NCBI GenBank assembly: GCA_964016885.1
Contig: OZ024746.1
Location: 79,670,001-79,734,000, forward strand
Source: Eledone cirrhosa
Lineage: Eukaryota
DNA: 64,000 nt
Reading direction: 5' to 3'
How positions within the stretch are numbered: the stretch's first letter is position 1; each line of letters begins with the position of its first letter. The position numbers were made by a program, and so were the translations under genes. Shown piece after piece: positions 27,201-41,544 of the stretch. Under the pieces are notes generated by a model. That model was given only the letters and a program-made list of their open reading frames with translations. It was not told the origin of the DNA and did not search any database.

Positions 27201-27352
27201 ATACATTCATACACACACACATGCATACCTTCATACAAACATACATTCATATATATATATATATATACATACATATATACATACGTACATACATATATAC
27301 ATACATGTGTGCGTATATATATATACATATATATACATACATATATATATAA

Positions 27353-27386
<34 letters not shown>

Positions 27387-27712
27387 GTATATATATATGT
27401 CTATATATATATATATATATATGGAGGATGTATGGGTAAGCGTACGTGCGCGCATGAATACATGTGTATGCATGAATACATGTGTATGTTGATACACATG
27501 CATCGATACACACACACACACGTCTACACATCCACACACGCTCACACACAGGTCTTCACATACAAATTACTGTTTTGTGGGTTTTGGTTTATTTACTGCT
27601 CTTTTTTTTTTTTTCTTATATTTATCTTTTTTTCCTAACTATTTTCGTCATCTCTTTAATAAGTTGACGGTTTGTCTTGTGACCGCTGACATTTCTTTAA
27701 ACCATTATTAAC

Positions 27713-28462
27713 ACCGGTGAATTGGCAGTATCGGTAGAGGGTCGGGCGCCATGCTTTGACGCATAGAGTTACGGCCCTTGCCATTCTGAATTCAAATTCC
27801 ATCGAGGTTAACTTTGCCTTTCATCCTTACGGGGTCGATAAAATAAAGTACCAGTAATGCACTGGCTAATTGCTGGCCTTGTGCCAATAGTAGAAACACT
27901 GCATTGATTGGCAGTATCGGTAGAGGGTCGGACGCCATGCTTTGCAGCAAAGAGTTACGGCCCTTTATGGTCTGAGTTCAAATCCCGCCGAGGTTAACTT
28001 TGCCTTTCATCCTTACGGGGTCAATAAAATAAAGTACCAGTAATGCACTGCGTGATTTGCTGGCCTTGTGCCGAAAGAAGAAACAATTATTAACACCACA
28101 GGGCGGTGGATTGGCAGTATCGGTAGAGGGTCGGACGCCATGCTTTCAAGCATAGTTACGTCCCTTGACGATCTGAGTTCAAATCCCGCCGAGGTTGACT
28201 TTGCCTTTCATCCTTACGGGGTCGATAAAATAAAGTACCAGTAATGCACTGGGTAATTGCTGGCCTTGTGCCTAAAGTAGAAACAAGTATCGGTAGAAGG
28301 TCGAATAACCATGCTTTGTATAGAGTTATGACCCTTTACGTTCTGAATTCCAATCCCGCCGAGGTTAACTTTGCCTTTCATCCTTACGGGGTCGATAAAA
28401 TAAAGTACCAGTAATGCACTGGGGTAATTGCTGGCCTTGTGCCAAAACTAGAAACAAATATT
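27713..28462 (+). mobile_element. Head-to-tail array of four family A SINEs
   Basis: Four copies of agtatcggtaga..ttcatccttacggggtc..ggccttgtgcc..agaaac. Confidence 0.92.
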
Positions 28463-28639
28463 AACACCACTATCAACACAATGTAGAACCACACACTATC
28501 ATCAGCACCATCAACACCAATATCATCAACAACGCTACAACACCACCTATCCACCACGCCACCTATCCACCACCATAATCACTACAATTATTACTTCCAC
28601 CAGCAAACATCCACCATTCTCACAATACCAGCAATACCT

Positions 28640-29490
28640 CAAACCACTAACCACTACGTCACCATCACTACTACCTCGCCACCAACACCACCGCCCAAAC
28701 CTCACCACCAGCACCACCAACACCACCAGCACCACCAACACCACCACCACCACTACCTCACCACTAACACCACCACCACCACTACCTCACCACCAACACC
28801 ACCACCACCACCATCACCACTACCTCGCCACCAACACCACCGCCACAACCTCACCACCAGCACCACCAACACCACCAGCACCACCAACACCACCAGCACC
28901 ACCAACACCACCAGCACCACCAACACCACCACCACCACTACCTCACCACTAACACCACCACCACCACTACCTCACCACCAACACCACCACTACCACCATC
29001 ACCACTACCTGCCACCAACACCACCGCCACAACCTCACCACCAGCACCACCAACACCACCAGCACCACCAACACCACCACCACCACTACCTCACCACTAA
29101 CACCACCACCACCACTACCTCACCACCAACACCACCACCACCACCATCACCACTACCTCGCCACCAACACCACCGCCACAACCTCGCCACCAGCACCACC
29201 AACACCACCAGCACCACCAACACCACCACCACCACTACCTCACCACTAACACCACCACCACCACTACCTCACCACCAACACCACCACTACCACCATCACC
29301 ACTACCTCGCCACCAACACCACCGTCACAACCTCACCACCAGCACCACCAGCACCACCAACACCACCACCACCACTACCTCACCACTAACACCACCACCA
29401 CTACCTCACCACCAACACCACCACCACCACCATCACCACTACCTCGCCACCAACACCACCGTCACAACCTCACCACTAGCACCACCAACA
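28640..29490. repeat. ACC-rich minisatellite (~120-bp unit)
   Basis: Recurrent ctacctcaccactaacacc and ctacctcgccaccaacaccaccg. Confidence 0.9.
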
Positions 29491-29949
29491 CCGCAACAAC
29501 AGCAGCAGCTAATACTCATACAAATAATCAAAAAAATCTTTATTAGCCTACCATTTGCTTCCACTTTTCATCTGTCTCTCTTCTTCTTCTTCTTCTTCTT
29601 CTTCTTCTTCTTCTTCTTCTTCTTCTTCTTCTTCTTCTTCTCTTTCCACCTTTAACCCCCCCCCCACCGCCATCATCATTATCATATCCCTTTCCTCCCA
29701 TTTCCCTCCATTCGGACTACTCTTGCCATTAAATGACAAGACAATTGCTTTGCCATCAACGACGGTTTAATTCATCAGTCTTCTGCTCAAATACTTCACA
29801 TCAGTGTCATCTTTAACTTATTATCATTACTATCGTCTAGTGAACCTTGCTAATCCACGTTCGAATGCTCGTCACCGCGAATTTATCAGTGAACAAAGAT
29901 AACTGATTAGGAAACAAGTACGTTCATACATAAAGCACAAACATATGTA

Positions 29950-30147
29950 CGAGGATCGGCTGAAAAGTTCATCGGCAGCCTGTGAAGGAATGATTCTTGA
30001 GCTGCGACATATTGCATGCATTAATTTCAACTTTCCTTATTAATAACTGCATTGTTTCTTTCCAGGGACTATGTTGGGAAATAAACTTCATTTGGTCATT
30101 CCATGAGAGTATCTTGGTCACCCTATAAAATGTTCAACCGACCCTCG
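29950..30147. mobile_element. Mariner-type MITE
   Basis: TIRs cgaggatcggctgaa / ttcaaccgaccctcg; TA on both sides. Confidence 0.75.
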
Positions 30148-30499
30148 TATATATAAGTCAGCGCCAAGTCATCTAATATGATCACAACGTGTATATCAAC
30201 GTTTTTACCGACCCTCGTAGCTGCTGTCTCCCTAAGTCCACCGTGCGACGCTATTAGATGTAACGAACTGCTGTCGACAAAACATATTTCCACCACATGT
30301 ATGAACATATATTCAGCATAGCTGAATAATTAACAAGTTCACTTCACAATCATGGTGTCTCGGATTCTATCTCTTCTCTTGAATCGATCGACAAGATCCC
30401 AGACTTCCTTCACTTGCTGAGTGGGGTGGATGTCGTCAAATCGGACCAATGAAAAAATGTATCCCTTTGTCTTTCCATTGCTGATACTATATACTTGTC

Positions 30500-30630
30500 A
30501 AAACTCCAGCAGGAGAGTCATATGAAACAAATTATCTTGCTCAAAGATATAACGGATTGTCCGGTCCAGGAATTGAACTCGAACTTTCACGATTGCGAAT
30601 CCAATCCTCTAACCACTAAGCCATGCACAT
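30500..30630 (-). mobile_element. SINE family B 5' fragment
   Basis: Reverse complement gives tggcttagtggttagagg..gagttcaattcc..tttgagcaaga. Confidence 0.6.
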
Positions 30631-30742
30631 TCATTATATATCTCAGACAAATATTTTTTCCATAGCTTCGGGTTAACTCAAGCCTTGTAAGTAAAATGAA
30701 TTAGGCATAAAATGAATTGGTAAACCGTCGGATGGATTGTAC

Positions 30743-30874
30743 CTGTAATTGTTTTAACATGAAGCCCAGTTCAGAAATCGAACTGATGATCTTGCGATCA
30801 TCAGTAATGCCCAAATCACTAGGCCTTGTGTTTTTACAAAACGCAGACAAAGCTAAATACAGATAGAAACGCCT
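30743..30874 (-). CDS. Candidate 132-nt phase-0 exon of an unidentified host gene
   Basis: T-rich tract + cag acceptor, AG|GTAC donor, open frame RRFYLYLALSAFCKNTRPSDLGITDDRKIISSISELGFMLKQLQ; no homology recognised. Confidence 0.25.
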
Positions 30875-31249
30875 CTGTTTAACAAAGCACAAATCAAAAA
30901 CATCGTAAAGAAAAGCCTGTGTATGCTCCTGGTTGAATGCTTCATACAACATTCTTAAACCGACTCAACTCAATTGAATCCAAAGAGAAAGCCCTCGGGG
31001 TTATTGCAGTTAATGAATCTGAAGCTGGGTAGTGGTGGTGTGGGGTAAGCTTGACATCAAGATCTTGAAATCACGAACGCATGTTTATAGGAAATAGTAT
31101 TAATATGAATGAATTGTTGTCACCCTGCCCCTCACACACCAAAATAAATATCTATATAAGATAAAACTATATACCAAATGATATTTTCTTATAACTCTTC
31201 AGTGACATACACATACACAGACACACTTATAATATTCAGACACACACAC

Positions 31250-31378
<129 letters not shown>

Positions 31379-31414
31379 CGTGTGTGTGTGTATGTGTGTG
31401 TACATAAATATATA

Positions 31415-31472
<58 letters not shown>

Positions 31473-31733
31473 TATGTATATATATACACATATATATATA
31501 TATATGCATATAATTATATAATTGTATAAACACACTTATACATGTATGCATACTTACATGCATGTAAGTATGCATATACACATACACACGCGCATACATA
31601 CATATATGCTTATATACAGATCTGTACAGACGTATATATCCATTCAATTAGATTAAAATCTATTCTAGGATTGAACGAAGAATGCATGATTATATTTATA
31701 AATTAAGTGACGATATAAACAGCTAAAGGGGAG

Positions 31734-31805
<72 letters not shown>

Positions 31806-31875
31806 TCGGTGAGTGTGTATTGTGTGTGTGTATATATATGGGAATGCATGGTTAAGTGTATTGCATGCATATATG

Positions 31876-32005
<130 letters not shown>

Positions 32006-32044
32006 TACATATATATATATATACATATATATATACATATATAC

Positions 32045-32101
<57 letters not shown>

Positions 32102-32139
32102 CATACATATACGCATGCAATACACTTAACCATGCATTC

Positions 32140-32386
<247 letters not shown>

Positions 32387-32584
32387 AATATTTATACATA
32401 TACATATATACCTGCACGCATACATACAGGCATAGATACATACATGGATACATATATACATGTATGCTTACATACATACGAATACACACACTCACACACA
32501 CTCACACACACGAATACACACACACATATATATACTATCGTGATGTTTAATATACGCATATTCTCAACTCATTAAACCCTTTAA

Positions 32585-32742
32585 TAATTGTTTCTACTTT
32601 TGGCACAAGGCCACCAATTACCCCAGTGCATAACTGGTACTGCATTTTATAGACACCGTAAGGATGAAAGGCAAAGTTAACCCATTAATAATAGGTAAGT
32701 TAACCCATTATTAATAGGTAAGTTAACCCATTAATAATAGGT
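32585..32742 (-). mobile_element. 5'-truncated family A SINE abutting a ~23-bp unit repeated three times
   Basis: SINE ends at aaagttaacc; aagttaacccattaataataggt follows x3. Confidence 0.75.
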
Positions 32743-32764
32743 ATTGAATACTCATTAAAAGCTA

Positions 32765-32817
<53 letters not shown>

Positions 32818-33225
32818 TCTTTCTTTCTCTCCTCCCTCTTTCTCTCTCTCTCTGTATGTATTTAAATAAAAATTTGAATACATACTCCAAGGTACTATAC
32901 TTACATAGACATATCTATGCAGTATGAAATATATATATATATATAGCAAAGGCTGACTCATATTGATGAAGAGAATCCTGGTCTTAAGATGTTTACCAAA
33001 ATAGATAATTGCTGCTGGATATTAATTTTTTTGATTCCCAGAAACAAATCTGTTAATGCATGTACAGCACAAATGAACAACTAGGATTATGTAATTAAAT
33101 TTACATATTTGTTCTGTATATATGTACAAAATACTAGTTTGTTTCTCAATCGATATATCCAGATATATATCGTTTATACTTATCTTACTCTAAACAGAAG
33201 TTTATTGAGCTTTGTACTGAGAAAC

Positions 33226-33291
<66 letters not shown>

Positions 33292-33369
33292 TATATATAC
33301 AGAAAAAAGATGAAATCGAAAATGCAACTGGAGTCTTATTTTTAAAAAAATATATATATTTATTTGGTT

Positions 33370-33406
33370 CTTTTACCGGTTTCGCAGTTCTTCTGCTTTT
33401 CAAAAG
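33370..33406 (-). ncRNA. HHR motif with U3-A8 core (weak stem I)
   Basis: Minus strand: TTGAAAA-gcag aagaa ctgc-GAAA-ccgg-TA. Confidence 0.6.
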
Positions 33407-33815
33407 TAGAGTTGAGATGGAGGGTCTGTGGTTTTTCTCACATCTGGTTGGTCTTTGAATGTTACTTCTTTTATATGAAAAAAAAGTGGCTCGAAACGCC
33501 AGGTTTTAAGAGAAGTAATTTGATTGGTTGGTCAATAAGTAATTTATTATACTCCCAAGTCCTTTACTTTTAATGCGTAAATTATAAATTATCTAATTTT
33601 TTAACCTTCAATCCCTGACTCTTAGGCCCTCTTCAAATTCTCTTAACTCCCCATAACCCATCCCTTTTACAACTCCGGCAACTAATATAAAAGAGCCCCC
33701 TTAGAATATAGACCCCAAATATACAAGCGGAGCTGCTGATGTATACCACAATTTCAAACTGCTAATCTTGAGTGAAACGTTGATGTAAATAATGAACTTA
33801 CAATCACATGTTATA

Positions 33816-33863
33816 TGCCTTGAAAAGTCCCACCATATGGTCGGACGAAACGGCTCGTCGGCA
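33816..33863 (+). ncRNA. Complete HHR with U3-A8 core
   Basis: tgcc-TTGAAAA-gtcc caccatatggtc ggac-GAAA-cggctcg-TC-ggca, followed by aataaa. Confidence 0.78.
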
Positions 33864-34016
33864 ATAAACTTGTTGTAATGTCATAATAGTTCCTTTGTTC
33901 TTTTTCATTAATATTTCTGCTCTGCGTGTACGCATAGAGCTTAACTAGCTACCGTCGCATATTTGGTAGGTCAGGCGTGATCATCGCGATTCACATACGA
34001 CCTACCATTCTTCTTG

Positions 34017-34068
<52 letters not shown>

Positions 34069-34162
34069 CATACATTACATATATTCTTTATGTTTATGCA
34101 TTCCCTTATTTGTATGTTTCTCGTATATTTATTTATATTAAGGCTAAAAGATTCTTCTTACT

Positions 34163-34330
34163 CTGGAGATTTGCTTGTTTATCTCACAGTCATCAGTTCT
34201 TAACTGATGACTCTGTGATAAACAGGCAAATCTCCAGAATAACAACACTCAATTAATAGCCTTAATATAAATGAATATTAAAACTCTTTTTTGGTATTGA
34301 GTACTCCTTTCTCTCAGCCGTCAACCACAC
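34163..34330. mobile_element. PLE-type fold-back remnant with degenerate HHR
   Basis: Hairpin ctggagatttg..gtcatcagt / actgatgac..caaatctccag; shares its end (tattgagt..ctttctctcagccgtcaac) with 46345-46500. Confidence 0.6.
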
Positions 34331-34359
34331 ACACAAATATATATATATATATATATATA

Positions 34360-34712
<353 letters not shown>

Positions 34713-34739
34713 TATATATATATACATATATATATATAT

Positions 34740-35400
34740 AAATTAGGATTGGTGCTCTGAAATAGCGATGTATACATGAATGTATGTATCGTATATTTGG
34801 CAATATACCGTATGTTTAATTAAAACATTTGGAAGACCTATCATTTTGCATACATGCATGTATACATCGCTATTTCAGAGCACCAATCCTAATTTTTAAT
34901 GTTTGCTGGACCGGCAATCGCTCTATATAATCAGCTCCTGATTATTACTGGAATTCTATAAGAATCCAGCCTCTATAATTTTCGGCGGAAGCAGGGGAGT
35001 GCGTGGCTCTGAGGAACACCAACAGTATGAAACAATCTGTCAGCTTCTCTCCCTTCCTTTGCCGAAAAAAGAAGTAAGTGACATAGTCACTACTTTAAAG
35101 ATGATAGCGCAAGGTCTTCAAAACGTTTTTAATTAAACATACGGTATATTACCAAATATACTATACATACATTCATATATATATATAAAATTAGAATTGG
35201 TGCTCTGAAATAGCGATATATATATGAATGTATATATAGTGTATTTAGCAATACACTGTATGCTTAATAAAAAGCATTTCGAAAACCTTACGCTATTGTT
35301 TTAGAGTAGTGACAGTCTCACTTACTTTAAATTTTCAGCAAACAGGGGAGATAAAGCTGACAGAGCTCTGTTTCGTACTGATTGGTACTTATCAAATATA
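34740..35400. mobile_element. Nested inverted/direct PLE-type remnant with two HHR motifs (35005-35045 +, 35355-35395 -)
   Basis: aattaggattggtgctctgaaatagcga is inverted at ~34866-34893 and repeated at ~35190; cores are CTGAGGA and TTGATAA. Confidence 0.65.
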
Positions 35401-35595
35401 TATATAAACTCTTTGGATTTGTACGTGTGTTATATAGTTATAGAGGTATTTATTTACGCTTTAATTTATATTTTTAATTATCGTATCTATAGGCTGCCTT
35501 TCATAGGTTATAGATTCCATACACTGGTGGTTTTTCCCTGTTTTATTGATAACGCACTGTATCTCTCTCTAGTGTTTTACCTTTTCAACATATTG

Positions 35596-35639
<44 letters not shown>

Positions 35640-35689
35640 CATATGCAACAGTCACACACTCACATACACATGTACATATCCACCACAAT

Positions 35690-36832
35690 CACCACCTCCA
35701 CCAACACCATCAGCCATACCTCCACCACAACCACCGTTGCAACTACCACTAGAACCACTTTAACCACTACCACTGCCGCTGCCGTCTCCACCACAACTAT
35801 CACTACTACTACTACTACTACTACCACCGACACCAACACAATGAACACCGTCACCATCAACACAACCACACCCACTACCACTACTACCGTCGATGCCACC
35901 GCCGCCAACTTCACCATCACTACTACTACTACCACCGACACCACCACTGCCATCAACACACCCACTACCACTACTACCACCGCTGCCATCGCCGCCACCT
36001 TTACCGTCACTATCACCACCACCACCACTTTCATCGCCACTACCACCACCACGACCTTCACCGTCACTACCACCACCACCACCACCACCATCTTCTCCAC
36101 TACCACCTCCACCACCACCACCATCTTCATCTCCACTACCACCTCAACCACCACCACCACATTCATCGCCACTACCACCACCACCTTCACCGTCACTACC
36201 ACCACCACCACCACCACCACCTTCATCTCCACTACCACCTCCACCACCACCACCACCACCACTACCACCACCACCACCACCACCACATTCATCGCCACCA
36301 CCACCACTACCACCACCACCACCACCACCTTCATCTCTACCACCACCACCACCACCACCACATTCATCGCCGCCACCACCACCACCACCACCACCACCAC
36401 CACTACCACCACCTTCATCTCTACTACCACCACCACCACCACCACCACCACCACCACCACCTCTACTACCACCACCACCACCACCTTCATCTCTACTACC
36501 ACCACTACCACCACCTTCATCTCTACCACCACCACCACCACCACCACCACCTCCATCTCTACTACCACCTCCACCACAGCAGACCTATTGAAACATTTTC
36601 ACAATTCAATTACATTCGACATTTACTGGGTGGTAATTTTCTTTGCAAGTCGCGAAATGAATTTTGAAGTTTCTGTCATTGATGTTCTTTAGCCAACGAC
36701 AATGGCTGGGTGGGGGAGGAGGTTGCTGTGGGTCGGGATAGGTTCGGTATGAGTGGGACCTAGAGGGAGTTGGTTCTCATAGTCGTAAGAAAAGGCAGTG
36801 AGAACAAAAATTCCATTGCAACAACAACAACA

Positions 36833-36865
<33 letters not shown>

Positions 36866-36890
36866 GTTGCTGCTGCTGCTACTACTACCA

Positions 36891-36943
<53 letters not shown>

Positions 36944-36963
36944 GTTGCTGCTGCTGCTACTGC

Positions 36964-36999
<36 letters not shown>

Positions 37000-37014
37000 C
37001 ACTACTACTACCAT

Positions 37015-37065
<51 letters not shown>

Positions 37066-37086
37066 CACCACCACTACTACTACCAT

Positions 37087-37129
<43 letters not shown>

Positions 37130-37150
37130 GCTGCTGCTGCTACTACTACT
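35690..37150. repeat. (ACC)n/(ACT)n degenerate trinucleotide arrays
   Basis: Source of the poly-Thr/Pro/Ser pseudo-ORFs. Confidence 0.85.
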
Positions 37151-37936
37151 AATGCAAGCATCACATGGGGAAAGCTTCATTTATCATACATAGAATAGAC
37201 TCGGCGTAAGCCTTAATGGGATTTTAGGCTGATGGAAACTTGGTAGAAACCCGACGGATTTTTAGATAGCTGGGCCGATTTTCAATATCTTGCCATGTGA
37301 CCGATCCATTCATGGAGCACCTCCACGCCAACCACCATGATTATGTGTCACCTGTCTCGCTTCATCCTCCCACCTGTTCATTGAACTCTCATCTACGCCC
37401 CGAAGAATTTATCTTCTCTCTTAAAATTTTCGCAACCCACGGTGCCATTACCCAATATATTTTTATAAATATTTTACACCCTCAGTGATTCTCCTGGTAT
37501 ACATTACCTCGCAGCACATTCACAATGCATAAATACACACACGAATACGAACAACCTAATCAGACACACACACACACACACTTACACATACATACAGCCT
37601 GTCAAAATATTGCTGACTACACATACAGACAGTAAATTTACTAACAAAAATATATACATAAACATATATACACCATTTGACCAGCGATATTTTAACTTGA
37701 AACTTTAATAAGGACGTAATGAGCCAAAGTAAACTATTTAGTCCCGCTTTATAGCGTTCGTAAATTTATAATAACTGACCGTCTAATTGAAATCATCTAT
37801 TACAGCTGGACAAAGCACCGACACCACCATCACAATCACTCCCACCATCAGCATCACCACCAACACCATCATTATCATCATCATCATTATTGACCTTTCC
37901 TCTTCCCATCATCATCATTATCATCATTAACACTGA

Positions 37937-38154
37937 GGGCGGTGGATTGGCAGTATCGGTAGAGGGTCGGACGCCATGCTTTGCCGCATAGAGAGACGGC
38001 CCTTTATGATCTGAGTTCAAATCCCGCCGAGGTTAACTTTGCCTTTCATCCTTACGGGGTCGATAAAATAAAGTACCAGTCACGCACTGGGATCGATTTC
38101 AAAAAAAAAAAAAAAAAAAAAAAAAATTGCTGGCCTTGTGCCTACAAAAGAAAC
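37937..38154 (+). mobile_element. Full-length family A SINE with 19-bp TSD and an internal A26 run
   Basis: cattatcatcattaacact at 37916-37934 and 38155-38173. Confidence 0.92.
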
Positions 38155-38235
38155 CATTATCATCATTAACACTACCACTGCCATCTCTTCCACCCCTACC
38201 ACAACAATCACCACCAATATCTGCATTGTCATCGA

Positions 38236-38268
<33 letters not shown>

Positions 38269-38521
38269 TATAGATATCATTACTATCACCAGCATCCCTC
38301 CCCCTATCCTCTCATCACACACTCTCTCTCTCTCTTCAACGTCCTCTTTCTCTTCCACCACCTCATCATCAACATCATCATCATCATCATCATCATCATC
38401 ACCATTATCATCATTATCATCATTACCTTCATCATCGTCATTCTAGTCGTCACCGATATTATCATTATTAAATTAAAAGTATTTTCCATGTCACCGCCAC
38501 CACCACCATCATAATTATCAT

Positions 38522-38552
<31 letters not shown>

Positions 38553-39919
38553 AAGAAGAAGAAGAAGAAGAATTACAATAACAACAATAACAACAACAAT
38601 AATAACAACAATAATAACGGCAATGAGTTTAATGTTTGATAATAGTCGGTAGACGTTTTAATTAATCCATGCATGACCTGCCATTTCGACTGACACGGTG
38701 TACTCTAATTAGAGTGTAATGACATATAAATGACCTCCTATTAATCTCACATCTTCGTGTATCGCATCACTTTCGGAATTCTTCTACACATTTATCAGTA
38801 TAGATAATCGTTAAAGTTATTATTACCTTTGGGGCAGGAGCTTAAGGAGGCGTATAAATCGGTAGAAGGCTGGTGTCTCGTTACATTGGGAATTTAAAAT
38901 CCATCTCCGACATCGCTGCTCGATTTTAACTAGCCGTCCTGTTATCGTCGATAAAATAAAATGTCATACCCGATATTGTTACTGTTGTCGTTGTATATAC
39001 CATGTCGGTCCTGATCGAGTAGATCTATTACCAAAGTCCGTGATCACGATGGAGTTACTTCGTTATAATTATGGTAATTTAATTTGTAACTGGAGGTTAT
39101 TGGCTCCCTCCCAGGTTTAAAATGTCCCATCAGAAATTAAGGGCTCAGAAGAGAAACGAAATATCGAGAGAGAAATTGATCCCATCGCTGTTCAAAGTTT
39201 AAATCTTGCCACCAGAGTCGAGAGTTTGATAGTTCATCCATGGTTCAATAAAATACTGTTAAAGTTAATTCTCCTTCTTCTTGTCTAAAATCCTTTTACT
39301 CCGATGTAACCTAGACCAGGAGTGAGGAACTTGTTAAATGCTGGAAAGCCGTACAGAAACTGAAAACATTGAGATCACATTTTAAAAAAGAATATTTTTC
39401 GCTAAACCTCACTTATTTTATGAAATATAATTACAAATGTGTATAAAGAAATACGAGCTTTTCTAAAAGTCATAATTAAATGAAAAGATAGATGTTAAAT
39501 GAAACGAAATAAGCCAAATACACTTCAATACGCCTTCGAGCAGTTTTAGAAAGTCGTACATAATCTTTCTGTAGGTCACATCTGTTCTTAAAGCCACAGG
39601 TCCTCCTTCGCCACCACAGACCTATCAGCATTAAAGTATTCCAGTTGCTCATTTATTTGACTCGGAGTCAGAAACCTACATTCCTCTAAATATATCTACT
39701 TCCTCTAAGGTCCTGCAGATCCTTCCAACCACCAGCATATGTTTTCTGCATGAAGGGCATCTCCATCAGTTCGCCTCTAAATACCTTCAATGCTCTCACA
39801 AATCTTCTTCGTACTTTTAAAAACATCTTGTATTGATATCGACCGTGCAGAAATCAAAACGTTCGTAATCTTTAACTTTCTACGAGAACAAATTTCACCC
39901 CTTATTCGCATCCCTGACC

Positions 39920-40035
<116 letters not shown>

Positions 40036-40696
40036 GGCATACACATACAAATATCTATGCGTGTATGTATAGTGTATATGTATGTCTATATGTATGTATG
40101 TACATATGTATATATGTACACACACACACGCACACACACACGCACACACACACACACAGATGATTTTGCTCCTTGTCTCTCTCCTTGCCTCATAATTTCT
40201 CTCTCTCCCCATATCTCTCTCTCTTTATATATACATATACATATATATATATGTATATGTAGATACATACATAGATACATATATACATATAACGAGTGAG
40301 TGAACAAGAGAGAGAGAGAGTGGGGAGAGTGAAAGAAATCAAAATGCATGATTGTATATTTCATCAACTATACAAACACATGCCGTATATTCAAACACAC
40401 GCACAGACCACCATATACAGATATGCATACACAGATGTAACCATGTTGGCAGACGTATATGCTGGTTACGTTTTGACAAGGAGCAAACATCATTTGTTTA
40501 TTTAATGAAGAGCACATTGGATAGAATTTTTTGGTTCGTAATGAGGTTTGCATCCGAGCAAAAAGGGAAGCTTAAACCCCTTCGCTCGTTGTGCTAAAAA
40601 TAGAAGCTAAACAGTTTTCGTTACTGTTTTAGAATGGGGAGGTGGCTTACGTATATACATTGTACATATGTATTCTTACTATTATTTCAAATCAAA

Positions 40697-41200
40697 GGGC
40701 GGTGGTTTGGCAGTATCGGTAGAGGGTCGGACGCCATGCTTTGACGCATAGAGTAACGGCCCTTGCCATTCTGAGTTCAAATCCCGCCGAGGTTAACTTT
40801 ACCTTTCATCCTTACGGGGTCGATAAAATAAAGTACCAGTAATACACTGGAATAATTGCTGGCCCTGTGCCAATAGTAGAAACAATTATTTCAAATCCCG
40901 CCGAGGTTAGCTTTCTCTTTCATTCTTACGAAGTTGATAAAATAAAACACCAGTAATGCACTGGGGTCGATTTAATCGACTTTACCCCCTCCCCTCGCCC
41001 CCTTCAAATTGCCAGCCTTGTGCCTAAAGTAGAAACAATTACTATTATTTCAAATCCCGCCGAGGTTAGCTTTGCCTTTCATCCTGACGGGCTCGATAAC
41101 ATAAAGCACCAGTAATGCGCTAGTGTCGATTTAATCAACTTTCCCCCTCCCCCCCCCTCCCCTTCAAATTACTGGCCTTGTGCCTAATTAGAAACAATTA
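40697..41200 (+). mobile_element. Full family A SINE followed by two copies that start at the B box
   Basis: attatttcaaatc occurs at every junction. Confidence 0.88.
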
Positions 41201-41544
41201 TTATTATTACTAGCTTTTTTATTAGCAATGGGAGACTACGAAATAAATTAAAAACATGATCATACTAACATCTTTGATGGTATAGCAATAGTTCGGTTTC
41301 TATTGTGTTTATTTGAATTTGTTACTTATTTGAACAGTAATACATAATTTGTTTTAACAAACAAAACTTCATTCCACAAGTCTTCCACATTATTAGAGGG
41401 ACTTAAGCTCCAATAGACCCTTGGCACCGGAAGGCTTTCTAAATGATCATCAGCTCATAACCCAGCGCCTAAACAACAAAATAAATATATATTAGATAAT
41501 GTACCAGTACGACCGAAACCAAGGACTAAAAGACAATAAATAAG

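Noticed and set aside
27713-28462. CRISPR-like or tRNA-gene array
   Set aside because: Units are ~190-bp SINEs without unique spacers; the heads do not form complete cloverleafs; eukaryotic context
35643-36692. 349-aa Thr-rich mucin-like ORF
   Set aside because: Degenerate (ACC)n array, open in several frames, with no signal peptide or domain
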